From contig OZ242195.1 of the NCBI GenBank assembly GCA_965205975.1, positions 5,120,001-5,184,000 of the forward strand: a stretch of 64,000 nt of DNA. The letters run 5' to 3'. Position 1 is the stretch's first letter, and the number at the start of each line of letters is the position of its first letter. Of the stretch, positions 46,490 through 57,649 are shown piece by piece. Under the pieces are notes generated by a model. It made no database searches and had not been told where the DNA came from. It saw only the letters and a program-made list of their open reading frames with translations. Made by a program: the position numbers and the translations under genes. Source of the DNA: Candidatus Latescibacterota bacterium (GTDB taxonomy: Bacteria > Latescibacterota > UBA2968).

Positions 46490-47359
46490 TTATTCAACTA
46501 ACCATTCATAAGTAATACGGTCTGAGATCATACGCAGTGTAACAACTTTGACACGCCTATGCCATGTTTCTTCAATATAGGCGTAATCGTCCCACATTGA
46601 ACCTAATAACAAGCCTGGTCCATCATTTACAAAAATTACTTTTGTATTCATCCCTAAAGCGTCGGTATAGGCAATGACTTCTTGAGCGCAATCTCGGTAC
46701 TGTCCAGTGCGGTCATCTTCCTGGGCACCACCTCTATCTGAATCATAGCGAGCCAAACCTACGGCTAAAACTGTCTCATTTTCAAATATTACAAAATCGA
46801 CAGGTCTATCTGGTTTGGGATAATTTTCAAAAACATCGCCGAGCAAGACATCTTTGCCAGCTCTTTCAGGGCCAACAATTTTTAGTTGTGGCAATTGTTC
46901 TCGTAAAAGCTGAAACATTCGCTCTGTCATATCGTAACCTTTTTTACCTCGATCTTTGTACTCCCAAAGGACAGCGCACAATGCTTCATCTGGCAATGGA
47001 CGGCTTTCAAAAGCCTTCTGAACTTCTACTATTGCTCTAAATCTTTCACCAAATTCATCGCATATCTTCTGGGCGGAAGATTTTCTTTTCAGCATCTCAA
47101 CGGGGGTATCTGGGCTGACATATTTCCGAAAGACGCGCATCAATTGGATACGCATCCACGGGACACGCACATCATTCAAATGCATAAAAAAATCTATTGA
47201 GGAGTGTGCTGAACGCAATAGTTGTCCAAACATTACCAGTACAGGTTTATAGAGTTCGCATGCTTGAGGCAAGATATCGGGGTAATATTCACCAGTTGCC
47301 AAAGTGATCCAGGCATAATTGTCGGATTTGTAATCGCCAAATTTACGTTCTTGTCTCAT
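46490..47359 (-). CDS. Type II restriction endonuclease (recalled similarity to BstEII/EcaI-type enzymes, unverified)
   Basis: Adjacent to the MTase; PD-(D/E)xK-like RPVDFVI...ARYDSDRGGAQEDDR. Confidence 0.75.
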   Translation of the reverse strand: MRQERKFGDYKSDNYAWITLATGEYYPDILPQACELYKPVLVMFGQLLRSAHSSIDFFMHLNDVRVPWMRIQLMRVFRKYVSPDTPVEMLKRKSSAQKICDEFGERFRAIVEVQKAFESRPLPDEALCAVLWEYKDRGKKGYDMTERMFQLLREQLPQLKIVGPERAGKDVLLGDVFENYPKPDRPVDFVIFENETVLAVGLARYDSDRGGAQEDDRTGQYRDCAQEVIAYTDALGMNTKVIFVNDGPGLLLGSMWDDYAYIEETWHRRVKVVTLRMISDRITYEWLVE

Positions 47360-47414
47360 AATGGTGGCCGATCATTTGTTATACAGAGAATATAGAGAAG
47401 TTCATTCACAAGTA

Positions 47415-47443
47415 TTTATAGACATAAAACTGCTTGATGTCAA
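47415..47443 (-). promoter_or_regulatory. Sigma70-type promoter for the R-M operon
   Basis: Minus strand TTGACA-N17-TATAAA, about 55 nt upstream of the REase ATG. Confidence 0.6.
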
Positions 47444-47483
47444 GATGGGAGGGAATATTCCATTCGGCGAATAGAAACGGATC

Positions 47484-49445
47484 ATGGATATTTTTATTAA
47501 AAAGGAAATATGTCGCGATCTCGGTCAGGCGATGGGGCGGGAGTGGCTTGAGACCAATGGTTTGGGGGGATTTGCGTGTTCGACTATTATCGGGATGAAT
47601 ACGCGGCGGTACCACGGCTTGCTCATTCCTGCAGAAGATGCGTCGCATGGTCGATTTGTTTCGCTGTCCAAATTCGAAGAGATGCTTATTGTGCCCGATA
47701 TGGGGACTTTTGAGCTGAGTAGTAATTGCTACGCTGGTGCCATTCACCCACACGGTTATACCCATCTCGAACACGTCCGATTGGATCCCTTTCCCATATT
47801 TACCTATTGCGTCGGCGATTTGCGTTTTGATAAGCAAATTTTTATGGTTTATGGTCAAAATACCACTGTGATTTCTTACGGTCCCTTTGATCGCCCCGTT
47901 GTGCTTACGCTGCGTCCGCTCGCGGCTTTTCGAGATTATCATTATCTAACGCGCCAGAATGATACGCTCAATGGCGATGTCGATATTTGTGATGGTCTGA
48001 TGAGTTTTCAGCCTTATTCGGAATATCCTCCTTTGCATATCGCGCACAATGGAGAATTTCAATCTCGTGGCGATTGGTATTACAATTTTGAATATGCCGT
48101 TGAAGCCTATCGCGGCCTGGATAATCAGGAAGACCTGTATTGCCCCGGAGAATTTACCTTTGATCTCGAAGCGGGCGAATCCGCGCATTTGCTCGTTGGC
48201 CTTGAACGCGGTGCATGCGATCAGGTGAATGCGCTTCGGCAGACTGAGGTAGATCGGAGAAATAAAATTGTTCAATCAGTTCCCAAATGCACGGGTCTCG
48301 GTCTGAGTGCCGATGCTTTTCTCGTCAGGCGTAGCAATGCACGCGCTACCATTATCGCGGGTTATCCCTGGTTTACGGACTGGGGGCGCGATACGATGAT
48401 TGCGCTGCCCGGTCTCGCGCTGGTGACCGGACGATTTGACGAAGCCCGCGATATTCTCGCTGCTTATGCGCGTTTCTGCGATGAGGGGATGATTCCAAAC
48501 CGTTTTCCCGATTGGGGTGATATACCCGAGTACAATAGTGTGGATGCAACCCTGTGGTATGTCTATGCGGTAGATCGCTTTTTGGCGTACACAGATGATT
48601 ATGCTTTTGTGCGCGAAAATCTCTGGCGAGTGCTCCAGGAGATCATCCACTATTTTGTTCGGGGAACGCGCTATAATATCCATCTGGATTGCGATGGATT
48701 GCTCTATGCTGGAGAGTCTGGTGTGCAACTGACATGGATGGATGCTAAGGTGGGAGACTGGGTCGTTACCCCGCGGCAGGGCAAACCCGTTGAGGTCAAT
48801 GCGCTGTGGTACAATGCGCTGTGTGTGATGCGGGATTTGGCTGATAGATATGGCGAACTCAGGCTCAGTGCCGAATACGCCAGGCTTGCGGAAAGAGTAG
48901 CTACGCGCTTTGCCGACGCATTTTGGAACCCCGGTGCCGGATGTTTGTACGATTGTCTGACCGATACGGTGCCCGATGCTGCTATTCGCCCGAATCAGAT
49001 TTTTGCCCTCAGCCTGCCGCATCGCATGCTCGATGCCGCGCGTGAACGCAGTATTCTCGATGTGGTCGAACGCGAGTTGTTCACGCCTTGCGGTTTGCGA
49101 AGTCTATCGCCATCCGACGCAGCATACCGGGGTACTTATGTCGGCGATCCGCATAGTCGCGATGGCGCGTATCACCAGGGGACGGTTTGGGCATGGCTTA
49201 TGGGGCCATTTATCACTTCCTGGGTTCGCATTCACGGCGACGAGGCAGATGTCCGGGCTAATGCAAGACGTATGTTGTGCCCTTTGTTGCGGCATGTTGA
49301 AGCGTCGGGCCTGGGACATATTTCTGAAATTTTCGATGGCGACCCGCCCCATGCATCTCGCGGCTGCTTTGCCCAGGCGTGGAGCACTGCCGAAGTTTTG
49401 CGCGCTTTTGTAGAAGATGTGCTGGACCAGGGACCTGAAAAATGA
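47484..49445 (+). CDS. Amylo-alpha-1,6-glucosidase (archaeal-type glycogen debranching enzyme)
   Basis: REWLETNGLGG, TRRYHGLL, AGYPWFTDWGRDT, LTWMDA, YHQGTVW, QAWS. Confidence 0.93.
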   Translation: MDIFIKKEICRDLGQAMGREWLETNGLGGFACSTIIGMNTRRYHGLLIPAEDASHGRFVSLSKFEEMLIVPDMGTFELSSNCYAGAIHPHGYTHLEHVRLDPFPIFTYCVGDLRFDKQIFMVYGQNTTVISYGPFDRPVVLTLRPLAAFRDYHYLTRQNDTLNGDVDICDGLMSFQPYSEYPPLHIAHNGEFQSRGDWYYNFEYAVEAYRGLDNQEDLYCPGEFTFDLEAGESAHLLVGLERGACDQVNALRQTEVDRRNKIVQSVPKCTGLGLSADAFLVRRSNARATIIAGYPWFTDWGRDTMIALPGLALVTGRFDEARDILAAYARFCDEGMIPNRFPDWGDIPEYNSVDATLWYVYAVDRFLAYTDDYAFVRENLWRVLQEIIHYFVRGTRYNIHLDCDGLLYAGESGVQLTWMDAKVGDWVVTPRQGKPVEVNALWYNALCVMRDLADRYGELRLSAEYARLAERVATRFADAFWNPGAGCLYDCLTDTVPDAAIRPNQIFALSLPHRMLDAARERSILDVVERELFTPCGLRSLSPSDAAYRGTYVGDPHSRDGAYHQGTVWAWLMGPFITSWVRIHGDEADVRANARRMLCPLLRHVEASGLGHISEIFDGDPPHASRGCFAQAWSTAEVLRAFVEDVLDQGPEK

Positions 49446-49460
49446 AATAGAGGTGTAAAT

Positions 49461-51065
49461 ATGAGTGACATAGATCAAAATGGTCGTGAGTGGGTTGTGA
49501 CAAAATGGGGACGCATTGAGATTGATTTTGAAAGTGATAAAGATTACGGGAATCCCATTCAAGAAGCGGCATTGCAGGTGGTGTTTACTTCGCCGTTTGG
49601 ATCGGTCTATAATGTGATGGGATTTTGGGATGGCGGGCGGCAATGGCGCGTGCGTTTTTGTCCAGATGAAGAGGGCGAGTGGTCGTATGCGACGTTTTTT
49701 TCAGATGCGGAAAACGCGGGATTGCACAATCGCGAGGGGCGTTTTATGTGCGGGCCATCGCAGACGAGCAGTGAATTTGATGTACATGGCCCAATCGCGC
49801 TGTCCGCAAGCAGGCGGCATTTTATTTATGCGGATGAAAAGCCATTTTTCTTTATGGCAGATACGGCGTGGAATGGGTGTTTGCGTTCTACGCGAGATGA
49901 ATGGCGTTATTATCTCAGCGAGCGCGTGCGGCAGGGGTTTAATACCGTGCAATGGGTGGCTACGCAGTGGCGGGCGGCTCCAGATGGCGATGTCGAGGGC
50001 AATCTGGCGTTTTCTGGGATGAAAAAGATCGCAATAAATCCGACCTTTTTTCAGCGGTTGGATGACTGGGTGGAGATGACTTTTCAGGCTGGCCTGGTCA
50101 ATGCGCCTGTGATGTTGTGGGCACTGGGAGGGCGCAATCATCCGGAAAAGAGCCCGGGCGCATCGTTGCCAGAGGACCAGATGATCCTGTTGGCTGAATA
50201 TATGGTTGCGCGCTGGGCGTGTTATCCCGTGGTGTGGATTCTGGGTGGGGATGGCAATTACGATGGCGAGAATGCCGAGCGGTGGCAGCGCGTTGGTCGC
50301 GCGGTTTTCGGGAAAGGGCCTCACGCGCCTGTGGCGATGCACAGTTCGGGGCGGCGATTCCCGACTGATGAATTTCGGTCTGAAAATTGGCTCGATGTGG
50401 TGGGTTATCAAAGCGGGCATGGCGATAGCGACGAGACTTTGCAGTGGATTGTGACAGGGCCGCCTGCGGAAGATTGGAAAAAGACGCCGCGCCAATTTTA
50501 TATTAATATGGAGCCTTCTTATGAAAATCATGTGGCCTATCATTCAAAGCGACCACACGATGCAGCGTCGGTGAGGAGTGCGATGTACTGGAGCCTGCTC
50601 AACGCGCCAACCGCTGGCGTGACTTATGGGGGGCATGGTGTGTGGGGGTGGGACGATGGCAGCGGTCCACCCGTCGATCATCCCAATTCGGGAACGCCTC
50701 TGCCCTGGCATGATGCGCTGCTGATGGATGGGGCAGAGCAAGTTCGCTATCTCGTTGATGCATTCGATTCTATCGGGTGGTGGACGCTGCGTCCGTCCCC
50801 AGAGTTGTTGGGCATCCAGCCCGGCGAGCGAGATATACACAATCACATTTTGATTTCTAAATCTGTGGCAAACGATCTCGTGGTTGCCTATACACCACAG
50901 GGTGAGGCGGTGGTGGTGAAGATGGCGGGGCTGTCACCACAGCTTCGGGGTATCTGGTACAATCCGCGCGATGGCGATGTGGAAGCAGCAGAAGTGCGCG
51001 AGGGTAACGGCAAGCGCATTTACGAAGCACCGGGAGATGGCGATTGGCTTCTGGTCATGGCATGA
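49461..51065 (+). CDS. DUF5060/DUF4038 glycoside hydrolase (apiosidase-like, GH140-related)
   Basis: GFWDGG..WRVRF.P, PFFFMADTAW, QSGH, EPSYE, GVTYG.HGVW, WYNPRDG. Confidence 0.8.
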   Translation: MSDIDQNGREWVVTKWGRIEIDFESDKDYGNPIQEAALQVVFTSPFGSVYNVMGFWDGGRQWRVRFCPDEEGEWSYATFFSDAENAGLHNREGRFMCGPSQTSSEFDVHGPIALSASRRHFIYADEKPFFFMADTAWNGCLRSTRDEWRYYLSERVRQGFNTVQWVATQWRAAPDGDVEGNLAFSGMKKIAINPTFFQRLDDWVEMTFQAGLVNAPVMLWALGGRNHPEKSPGASLPEDQMILLAEYMVARWACYPVVWILGGDGNYDGENAERWQRVGRAVFGKGPHAPVAMHSSGRRFPTDEFRSENWLDVVGYQSGHGDSDETLQWIVTGPPAEDWKKTPRQFYINMEPSYENHVAYHSKRPHDAASVRSAMYWSLLNAPTAGVTYGGHGVWGWDDGSGPPVDHPNSGTPLPWHDALLMDGAEQVRYLVDAFDSIGWWTLRPSPELLGIQPGERDIHNHILISKSVANDLVVAYTPQGEAVVVKMAGLSPQLRGIWYNPRDGDVEAAEVREGNGKRIYEAPGDGDWLLVMA

Positions 51066-51074
51066 GGAGATGAT

Positions 51075-51914
51075 ATGGATCACACTTTTGAACAGAATTG
51101 TACAGTGTCTTATAAAGTTCTCAGTCCCAATACCCGCGGATCAGACCACCATTACAAAATAGATGTTTGTGCATCAGCAGAGGAGTTGCAGCAATTTGAT
51201 CGGGAAGGGTATCTGGTGCGCGAGGGATTGTTTGCGGGCGAGGACTTGAAATCATTGCAAGACGCGCTGGATCGGTTGGAGGATCGGGAATCGGGTGCAT
51301 TTCGAGATACTGGAAAGCGGTCCTGGGGGCGTATCCCGCGGCATTTGATGGACAAAGATCCGGTGTTTTTGGATTTGTTGAAATTTCCGCCTGTGTTATC
51401 TATTGCGCGGGCGATGATGGGGCCGCTGGTCAGGCTTCGGGGATTGAGCGCGCGGATCAGTTATCCGGCTGAAACGCCTCATCAGACCCCATGGCACCAG
51501 CATTTGCGCGTGGTTTCCAATCCTTTACCGCCGTGGTTTTCCAGACCACATGGGTTGGATGCCCTGATTTATCTGGATGATTTGAATGATGATACGGGGG
51601 CTGTGGGAATTGTGCCGGGGTCGCACAATTGGTTGGATAGAGCACCGCCTCCCGATGTTTATGAGCCGGTTGAGGGTGAGCTTGTGGTTCGCGTGAAGGC
51701 CGGGGGCGGCGTGTTGATTCACAGCAATCTGTGGCATCGCGGATTGCCAACGTTGAGAACAAAGCGCAGGATGTTGATTTTGAGTTATACGCCCACCTGG
51801 CTGCGCCGATCACCCCACGGGGGACCGCCTCCCGATGACGGGTTGACGCAGGCGATTTTAGAAGGCGATGACGAAGAGGCGCGTATTTTGTTGGGCAAAG
51901 GTGGATATACTTGA
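51075..51914 (+). CDS. Phytanoyl-CoA dioxygenase family protein
   Basis: [27 protein letters not shown]. Confidence 0.85.
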   Translation: MDHTFEQNCTVSYKVLSPNTRGSDHHYKIDVCASAEELQQFDREGYLVREGLFAGEDLKSLQDALDRLEDRESGAFRDTGKRSWGRIPRHLMDKDPVFLDLLKFPPVLSIARAMMGPLVRLRGLSARISYPAETPHQTPWHQHLRVVSNPLPPWFSRPHGLDALIYLDDLNDDTGAVGIVPGSHNWLDRAPPPDVYEPVEGELVVRVKAGGGVLIHSNLWHRGLPTLRTKRRMLILSYTPTWLRRSPHGGPPPDDGLTQAILEGDDEEARILLGKGGYT

Positions 51915-51933
51915 GTTTCCAAAGGAGCGATAT

Positions 51934-54102
51934 ATGAGTGTGGTAGCCGTTGGAGAATTGAATGTAGATGCCGAGCTGTACGCATTGGTCAAAGACGAAA
52001 TCGCACCCGATACGGGTGTAGATGCAGAGGCTTTTTGGCAGGGGTTGGAAGGGATTGTAAGAGATATGGGACCGGAGAATCGGCGTTTATTGGAAAAGCG
52101 CGATGTCTTGCAGGCAAAGATCGATGCCTGGCACGAGGGGCGCGGATCTATTGATGGGGAAGCGTACAGGGCATTTTTGCAGGAGATCGGGTATTTGTTG
52201 CCCGAAGGAGATCATTTTCAGGTGTTGACAAATGGGGTTGATCCAGAGGTTGCGACAGTGGCTGGACCGCAATTGGTTGTGCCGGTGGATAATGCGCGTT
52301 ATTGTTTGAATGCGGCCAATGCGCGCTGGGGGAGTTTGTACGATGCGCTGTATGGGACAGATGTGATCCCGGAGGATGATGGCGCGGATAAGGGTGCGGC
52401 TTATAATCCCGTGCGCGGCGAGAAGGTGATTGCCAGTGCGAATGAATTTTTGGATGCGACTGTGCCGTTGTCCAGTGGGTCTTACGCAGCAGTGACGGCG
52501 TTTGCTCTGGGTGAAGAGGGTGGACAGAAGGTGCTTGTGGCAGAGGTTGATGGTCGGGATGCAGGGTTGTCAGATCCGCATCAGTTTGTGGGCTATACGG
52601 AGCGAGATGGGGCACTGTCCAGTGTGCTGTTGGCGCACAATGGGTTGCATATTGAGATTCAGATTGATCCGGGCCATCCCATTGGCAAAGACCATCCGGC
52701 AGGGGTGAAAGATGTGGTGCTGGAATCAGCTATTACCACGATTCAGGATTGTGAGGATTCTGTATCGGCTGTGGATGCCGCGGATAAGGTGCTCGTGTAT
52801 CGCAACTGGTGCGGTTTGATGAAGGGGACGCTGGAGACGACTTTTGAAAAGAATGGACAACCCCTGAATCGCAAATTGAATCCCGATAGGAATTATATCC
52901 GTCCAGATGGCGGTGCGTTGACATTGCCGGGGCGAAGTACGCTGCTGGTGCGAAATGTGGGTATTCACATGTACACCGATGCGGTGACGACTGCCGATGG
53001 AGAGGCGATTCCCGAAGGGTTTTTGGATGCGATGGTGACGTCGCTGGCGGCTATTCACGATTTGAAGGGCAATGGCATATATCAAAATAGCCGCTCGGGT
53101 AGTGTGTATATTGTAAAGCCCAAGATGCACGGGCCTGAAGAGGTGGCGGCGACGGTAGAATTATTCGGGCGTGTGGAAGATGCGCTTGGACTTGCGCGAA
53201 ATACGCTGAAGATCGGGATTATGGATGAAGAACGGCGCACGACTGTCAATTTGAAACGCGCTATGTGGGAAGCCCGCGAGCGCGTCATTTTCATCAATAC
53301 GGGTTTTTTGGATCGCACGGGTGATGAGATGCACACGAGTATGGAAGCCGGTGCTATGCTTCCCAAAAATGAAATTAAGGCGCAGCCGTGGTTGACGGCT
53401 TATGAAGATTGGAATGTGGATGTGGGTATTGAGACTGGGTTGATCGGCAAAGGGCAAATAGGCAAGGGGATGTGGGCGATGCCCGATGCGATGCGGGAGA
53501 TGGTGGAGACGAAGATGAATCACCCCGAAGCAGGGGCGACTACTGCGTGGGTTCCTTCGCCAACTGCGGCCACATTGCATGCGATGCACTACCATCAGGT
53601 GGATGTTTCGGCGCGGCAGGCAGAACTCGCAAGGCGAGAACGCGCGAGTCTGGATGCGATTTTGACACCGCCTTTGCTGGATAGGAATTTGACGTCTGAG
53701 GAGATTGTGCAGGAACTGGACAATAATGCGCAGGGTATTTTGGGCTATGTGGTGCGCTGGGTTGATCAGGGTGTTGGCTGTTCTAAGGTGCCAGATATTC
53801 ACGATGTGGGTCTGATGGAAGATCGCGCGACTTTGCGTATTTCGAGCCAGCATATCGCCAATTGGCTGCATCACGGGATTGTGAGTGCAGAGCAAGTCCG
53901 CGAGACGTTTGAGAAGATGGCCGCGGTTGTAGATCGGCAGAATGCAGGCGATGCGGCGTATCGCAATATGGCGCCAAATTTTGATGAGAGTATTGCGTTT
54001 CAAGCGGCGCTCGATCTGGTTTTCAAGGGTCGCGAAGTGCCCAATGGATATACCGAACTGGTTTTACACGCGCGGCGGCGAGAGGTGAAGGGGGAAGTGT
54101 GA
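51934..54102 (+). CDS. glcB: Malate synthase G
   Basis: [52 protein letters not shown]. Confidence 0.97.
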   Translation: MSVVAVGELNVDAELYALVKDEIAPDTGVDAEAFWQGLEGIVRDMGPENRRLLEKRDVLQAKIDAWHEGRGSIDGEAYRAFLQEIGYLLPEGDHFQVLTNGVDPEVATVAGPQLVVPVDNARYCLNAANARWGSLYDALYGTDVIPEDDGADKGAAYNPVRGEKVIASANEFLDATVPLSSGSYAAVTAFALGEEGGQKVLVAEVDGRDAGLSDPHQFVGYTERDGALSSVLLAHNGLHIEIQIDPGHPIGKDHPAGVKDVVLESAITTIQDCEDSVSAVDAADKVLVYRNWCGLMKGTLETTFEKNGQPLNRKLNPDRNYIRPDGGALTLPGRSTLLVRNVGIHMYTDAVTTADGEAIPEGFLDAMVTSLAAIHDLKGNGIYQNSRSGSVYIVKPKMHGPEEVAATVELFGRVEDALGLARNTLKIGIMDEERRTTVNLKRAMWEARERVIFINTGFLDRTGDEMHTSMEAGAMLPKNEIKAQPWLTAYEDWNVDVGIETGLIGKGQIGKGMWAMPDAMREMVETKMNHPEAGATTAWVPSPTAATLHAMHYHQVDVSARQAELARRERASLDAILTPPLLDRNLTSEEIVQELDNNAQGILGYVVRWVDQGVGCSKVPDIHDVGLMEDRATLRISSQHIANWLHHGIVSAEQVRETFEKMAAVVDRQNAGDAAYRNMAPNFDESIAFQAALDLVFKGREVPNGYTELVLHARRREVKGEV

Positions 54103-54183
54103 TCCGCAGAATGAAGGCGAGTAATTCGAGCATGAACGCAGATGAACGCAGATAAAAAAGAGGGGCTGGGAACTGGGGGCTGG
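54102..54183. repeat. Composite repeat: ATCCGCAG, (ATGAACGCAG)x2 and GGGGCTGG-rich tail
   Basis: Same decamer family as 5846-5895 and 27336-27365. Confidence 0.75.
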
Positions 54184-54213
54184 TTAGGCTGATCGCTAAA
54201 CAGGAATTGAACA

Positions 54214-54966
54214 ATGGGGCGAAAGCTGCTGGTTTTTGATGTGGGTAATTCGCGTTTGAAGGCGGCATTATACGATGGCGATCGCCCGATTGCGCGTGTG
54301 TCTCTTAGCGGAGTTCAAGATGCGACACAGGTCGTGAATGTTCTCAAATCACGTTTTGCCCCGATGGGAACGCCCGACCGCTGTTTGGTTGCTTCTGTGG
54401 TGCGCGGTGTAGATGGGGTGATTCGAGAAGCGGTTCAGACGGTGTGGGCGATAGCGCCGCAGGTGGTTGATACGGATATGGATCTGGGGATTGATGTCGC
54501 TGTGCCTCGTCCCGACTATGTTGGCATTGATCGGCTATTGCAAGCGAGCGAGGCGTTTCGCGTTTGCGCGAGTGGTGTGGTTGTCGCCGCTTTTGGCTCT
54601 GCGCTGACTGTGGATCTGGTGACAGCAGATGGTGTTTTTCGCGGGGGGACGATTGCGCCCGGTTTGGGGATGGGGTTGCGCGCGCTGCACGATGAAACGA
54701 GTTTGCTTCCCCACGTGGCGCTTCAACCGCCTGATTCAGCTATTGGGACGGATACGACTTCTTGTATCCAGGCGGGTATTGTTTATGGGGCTGCTGGTGC
54801 CGTAGAGCGACTGTTTAGTGAATTGGTTCCGGATGGGCGGGCGACGCTTGTTTTGACTGGGGGCGATGCCGAGTTGATTGCGCCTTTTATAAAATTCCCC
54901 CATCGGGTGGAGCCAGATCTGGTCATGCGTGCGCTGGTTTCGTTAGGTCAAAGGTGGTGGCGTTGA
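54214..54966 (+). CDS. coaX: Type III pantothenate kinase
   Basis: DVGNSRLK, ASVV, GIDR, GGTIAPG, LTGGDA. Confidence 0.92.
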   Translation: MGRKLLVFDVGNSRLKAALYDGDRPIARVSLSGVQDATQVVNVLKSRFAPMGTPDRCLVASVVRGVDGVIREAVQTVWAIAPQVVDTDMDLGIDVAVPRPDYVGIDRLLQASEAFRVCASGVVVAAFGSALTVDLVTADGVFRGGTIAPGLGMGLRALHDETSLLPHVALQPPDSAIGTDTTSCIQAGIVYGAAGAVERLFSELVPDGRATLVLTGGDAELIAPFIKFPHRVEPDLVMRALVSLGQRWWR

Positions 54967-57649
54967 GGAGTACAATGCGGTCGCACGCGATGGCGGGGTA
55001 ATCCCGTACGGTGATGGTTTTTTCCGAGGCGGATTCGATTTCGTAGCCGGTGTCTGCACACAGGAGATAGGTTCCGGGGAGAGCGTCGGGTTCGGACAAA
55101 GTTTGCGATATATGATAGGTGCGCTTGTCAATTGAGGTGACGTCGAGTGGGGTCTGCGCCTGCGGGAGTGTGAGGGTGTGACTGCCGCAGCGGAGTTCGG
55201 TGCCGCAGAGCAGATAAGCCCGTTGGAGATTGCCCTGATTGTCGATGGATGCATAAGCGAATTTGCCTGTGATGGAGACGGGTCCGAGGTCATGAGTGGT
55301 GCCTTCGGGGGCTGAGAGGATGTAGTCGGTACAGCTATCGCGTTTTACGGCTACTGCCATGGCACTGGTGTCGGGATCGTTCAGGATCAGGTGTGCGGAT
55401 TGGATGGGTGATTTGTCGGTGTAGGGTGTGATGACAGCGGCGTACTGACTATTTGTGTTCGCGTCGTTTTTGCGTTCGGCCAAGATTTGCTGAACGGGTG
55501 GGGCGTTGAGCTGGTCGCCCAGGTCCGAGCGCCAGCCGGGCGCGTCTGCAAGCAGGAGGCGATGGATGGGGTTGAGCAGGGTGAGGTCCATTCGCAGGTC
55601 CTGGTTTTGCCATGTGGCGGTGAAGGGCATTTGAGGATGGTCGGCGCGGATGTTGTCGAGCCATTCGATTTGTTCGTCAATGGGTTGGGGGTCGGCGCCG
55701 CGAATACCGATAAGGTGGCCGTTGCAGTGGAAGCCATACTGGTGGAGATTGCCGCCGTTTATTCGGAAGAAGTCGATGGCGTAGGTCTGTTCGCCGGGGA
55801 TCTGGATGAGTACGCAGGTGCGCTGGTAGCGATCGCACTGCTCGTACGGGGCGGCGGATGCTTGGACGATTTCGACGCCTGCGCCCGTGCCAAAGAGTTC
55901 CAGGGTGGCGGGTTTTGGATTGCCGCTCTGGTTTTGGGCGTCAACGGTGACGATGTTGTGGGAGAGGGTGCTTTTGGTCCAGGCATTTCTGGGGTCGTCC
56001 CATATATAACCCCTGTCTGCGGTCATTTCCCGCCCCTGGGCGATGTAGATGATGCCGAGGCTGTCGTAGTGGCGATGGCCGCCAAAGCCATAACCGTTGA
56101 GGTAGAAGGCTGTGTGACCTTTTGGGTTTCCGCCGCGCAGGACGGCGACGTGCCAGCCGGGGAACCATTCGGTGTGGTGGGGCAGGTCGGTGTCCTGTTC
56201 GGCTACTATGTCGGGAGCCCGGTGCCAGAGGGCGTATTCGTCTCCTTTTTGCGAGAGTGGGGCGTTCTGCGATTTTTCCAGCAGACCAGCGTAGCGGTTG
56301 CCGTAATGGGCGCTCAGAATTTCGGCGTAGATGGGGTCAATGCCTCGGCCTTCTCGGGAATCTCCGATGACGGGGTCTTGCAGGTTCGGGTCGAGCATGC
56401 GGGCCATGCTTTCCAGGGCGAGACGGTAGCGGTCAAAGTGCTGAAAGGGATCCAGGTTTTTGAGGATTGGACCGGTTTCGGGTTCGTAGCCGTCGGGATC
56501 GGAGTATCCGACGAGCAGTTCTGGTATGTCGCGCAACAGGTTGAGGTGCATGGCGGAATAGGAGGGAGATTCAGTGCAAAAGCCGTCGAAGTGGAAGGCA
56601 TCTTCGAGGAGGGTTTCAAGACCTTCGATGGCGCGGCGCACGCTTTGCGGTTTGTTGAAGAGTATGCCGACGGCGGCGCTTAGAGCGCGGCCAGGACCGC
56701 ATTTGTTGTTGATTTCGCTCCAGTTCTCGGTGTCTGCACAACCGGCGAGGATGAGGTCGTTGACGATGCGTTGATTCATTTCGGGTGTGAGGACGGGAGA
56801 GCCATCCTGATATTGGGCTGTTCGGATGAGGTCGTAGGCGAGGGTGATCTGGAGAATGCTTCCGCCGTCAGAGCCACTGCAACCAAAGCGTCCAGCACCC
56901 CAGAAGCCGTTGTTGAGGACCGCATGGTCTCCTTCTCGATGGCGGCCTTCAAAGGCGGTGATGATGGTTTCGACGGGAAAACGCCCGGCGCGGGGGTATT
57001 TGCCCAGGGAGATGGCGACTTCGGCCGGCGGACAATCCGCTATGGTGCCGTCGTAGGAGTGGAAGAGCCAGTTGGGGTATCGCCGCGCCATGCAGTCCAT
57101 GATATAGGCGCACCACCGGGCGTATAATACGTCATCTGTGAGGGCGTATAATTTGGCAAGCGGTAGTATTTGTTCGAAGCACCAGCGGCTTTTTTTTGTT
57201 CGGATGATGCCGGTCCAGCTCGTGTGTACGGGCCAGTTGACCCATTTGAAGGCGTGTTTGCCCGATTTGTCTTCGGGGTGGGCGCGTTCTTCGTCGGTGA
57301 GGTAGAAGGTGAAGGTCTGGTTCATTCTGGGCGCGGTGATGCTGCCGGTTTCGGGATAGCTGGCGTTGGGGTATTCGGTTTTGCAGTATTTGCATAAGAG
57401 TTTATCCGGATCGGTGGGATCCCATTCGTACAAGCCGGTTTCACCCATGGAGGAGAGGCGGTTGACGCAGGCGGGACAGTTTTGGCCGTATTCGGGCCAG
57501 GGGGTGAGTTCGGGCATCATGGTGTCGATAAAGTCGCGATTCTGGTCCATGAGGTAGGCGACCTGTTGTTTCCAGCCTTCGAGGATGGCCTGCGCCCAGG
57601 GGTAGCGTCTGAGGTTTTCACGGGCGTTTTCGACGTTGAGAAGGGGCAT
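54923..57649 (-). CDS. Heparinase II/III family polysaccharide lyase-like protein
   Basis: DG...ESPSY, GHRHYDSLG, DRGY, STLSHN.VTVD; start reassigned to MPLLNV. Confidence 0.8.
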   Translation of the reverse strand: MPLLNVENARENLRRYPWAQAILEGWKQQVAYLMDQNRDFIDTMMPELTPWPEYGQNCPACVNRLSSMGETGLYEWDPTDPDKLLCKYCKTEYPNASYPETGSITAPRMNQTFTFYLTDEERAHPEDKSGKHAFKWVNWPVHTSWTGIIRTKKSRWCFEQILPLAKLYALTDDVLYARWCAYIMDCMARRYPNWLFHSYDGTIADCPPAEVAISLGKYPRAGRFPVETIITAFEGRHREGDHAVLNNGFWGAGRFGCSGSDGGSILQITLAYDLIRTAQYQDGSPVLTPEMNQRIVNDLILAGCADTENWSEINNKCGPGRALSAAVGILFNKPQSVRRAIEGLETLLEDAFHFDGFCTESPSYSAMHLNLLRDIPELLVGYSDPDGYEPETGPILKNLDPFQHFDRYRLALESMARMLDPNLQDPVIGDSREGRGIDPIYAEILSAHYGNRYAGLLEKSQNAPLSQKGDEYALWHRAPDIVAEQDTDLPHHTEWFPGWHVAVLRGGNPKGHTAFYLNGYGFGGHRHYDSLGIIYIAQGREMTADRGYIWDDPRNAWTKSTLSHNIVTVDAQNQSGNPKPATLELFGTGAGVEIVQASAAPYEQCDRYQRTCVLIQIPGEQTYAIDFFRINGGNLHQYGFHCNGHLIGIRGADPQPIDEQIEWLDNIRADHPQMPFTATWQNQDLRMDLTLLNPIHRLLLADAPGWRSDLGDQLNAPPVQQILAERKNDANTNSQYAAVITPYTDKSPIQSAHLILNDPDTSAMAVAVKRDSCTDYILSAPEGTTHDLGPVSITGKFAYASIDNQGNLQRAYLLCGTELRCGSHTLTLPQAQTPLDVTSIDKRTYHISQTLSEPDALPGTYLLCADTGYEIESASEKTITVRDYPAIACDRIVLLNATTFDLTKPAHA

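Noticed and set aside
55487..56683. Long antisense ORFs (also 28283-29266, 22580-23464, 37618-38679, 60644-61606, 32900-33769)
   Set aside because: Shadows of confidently identified opposite-strand genes, with no motifs of their own
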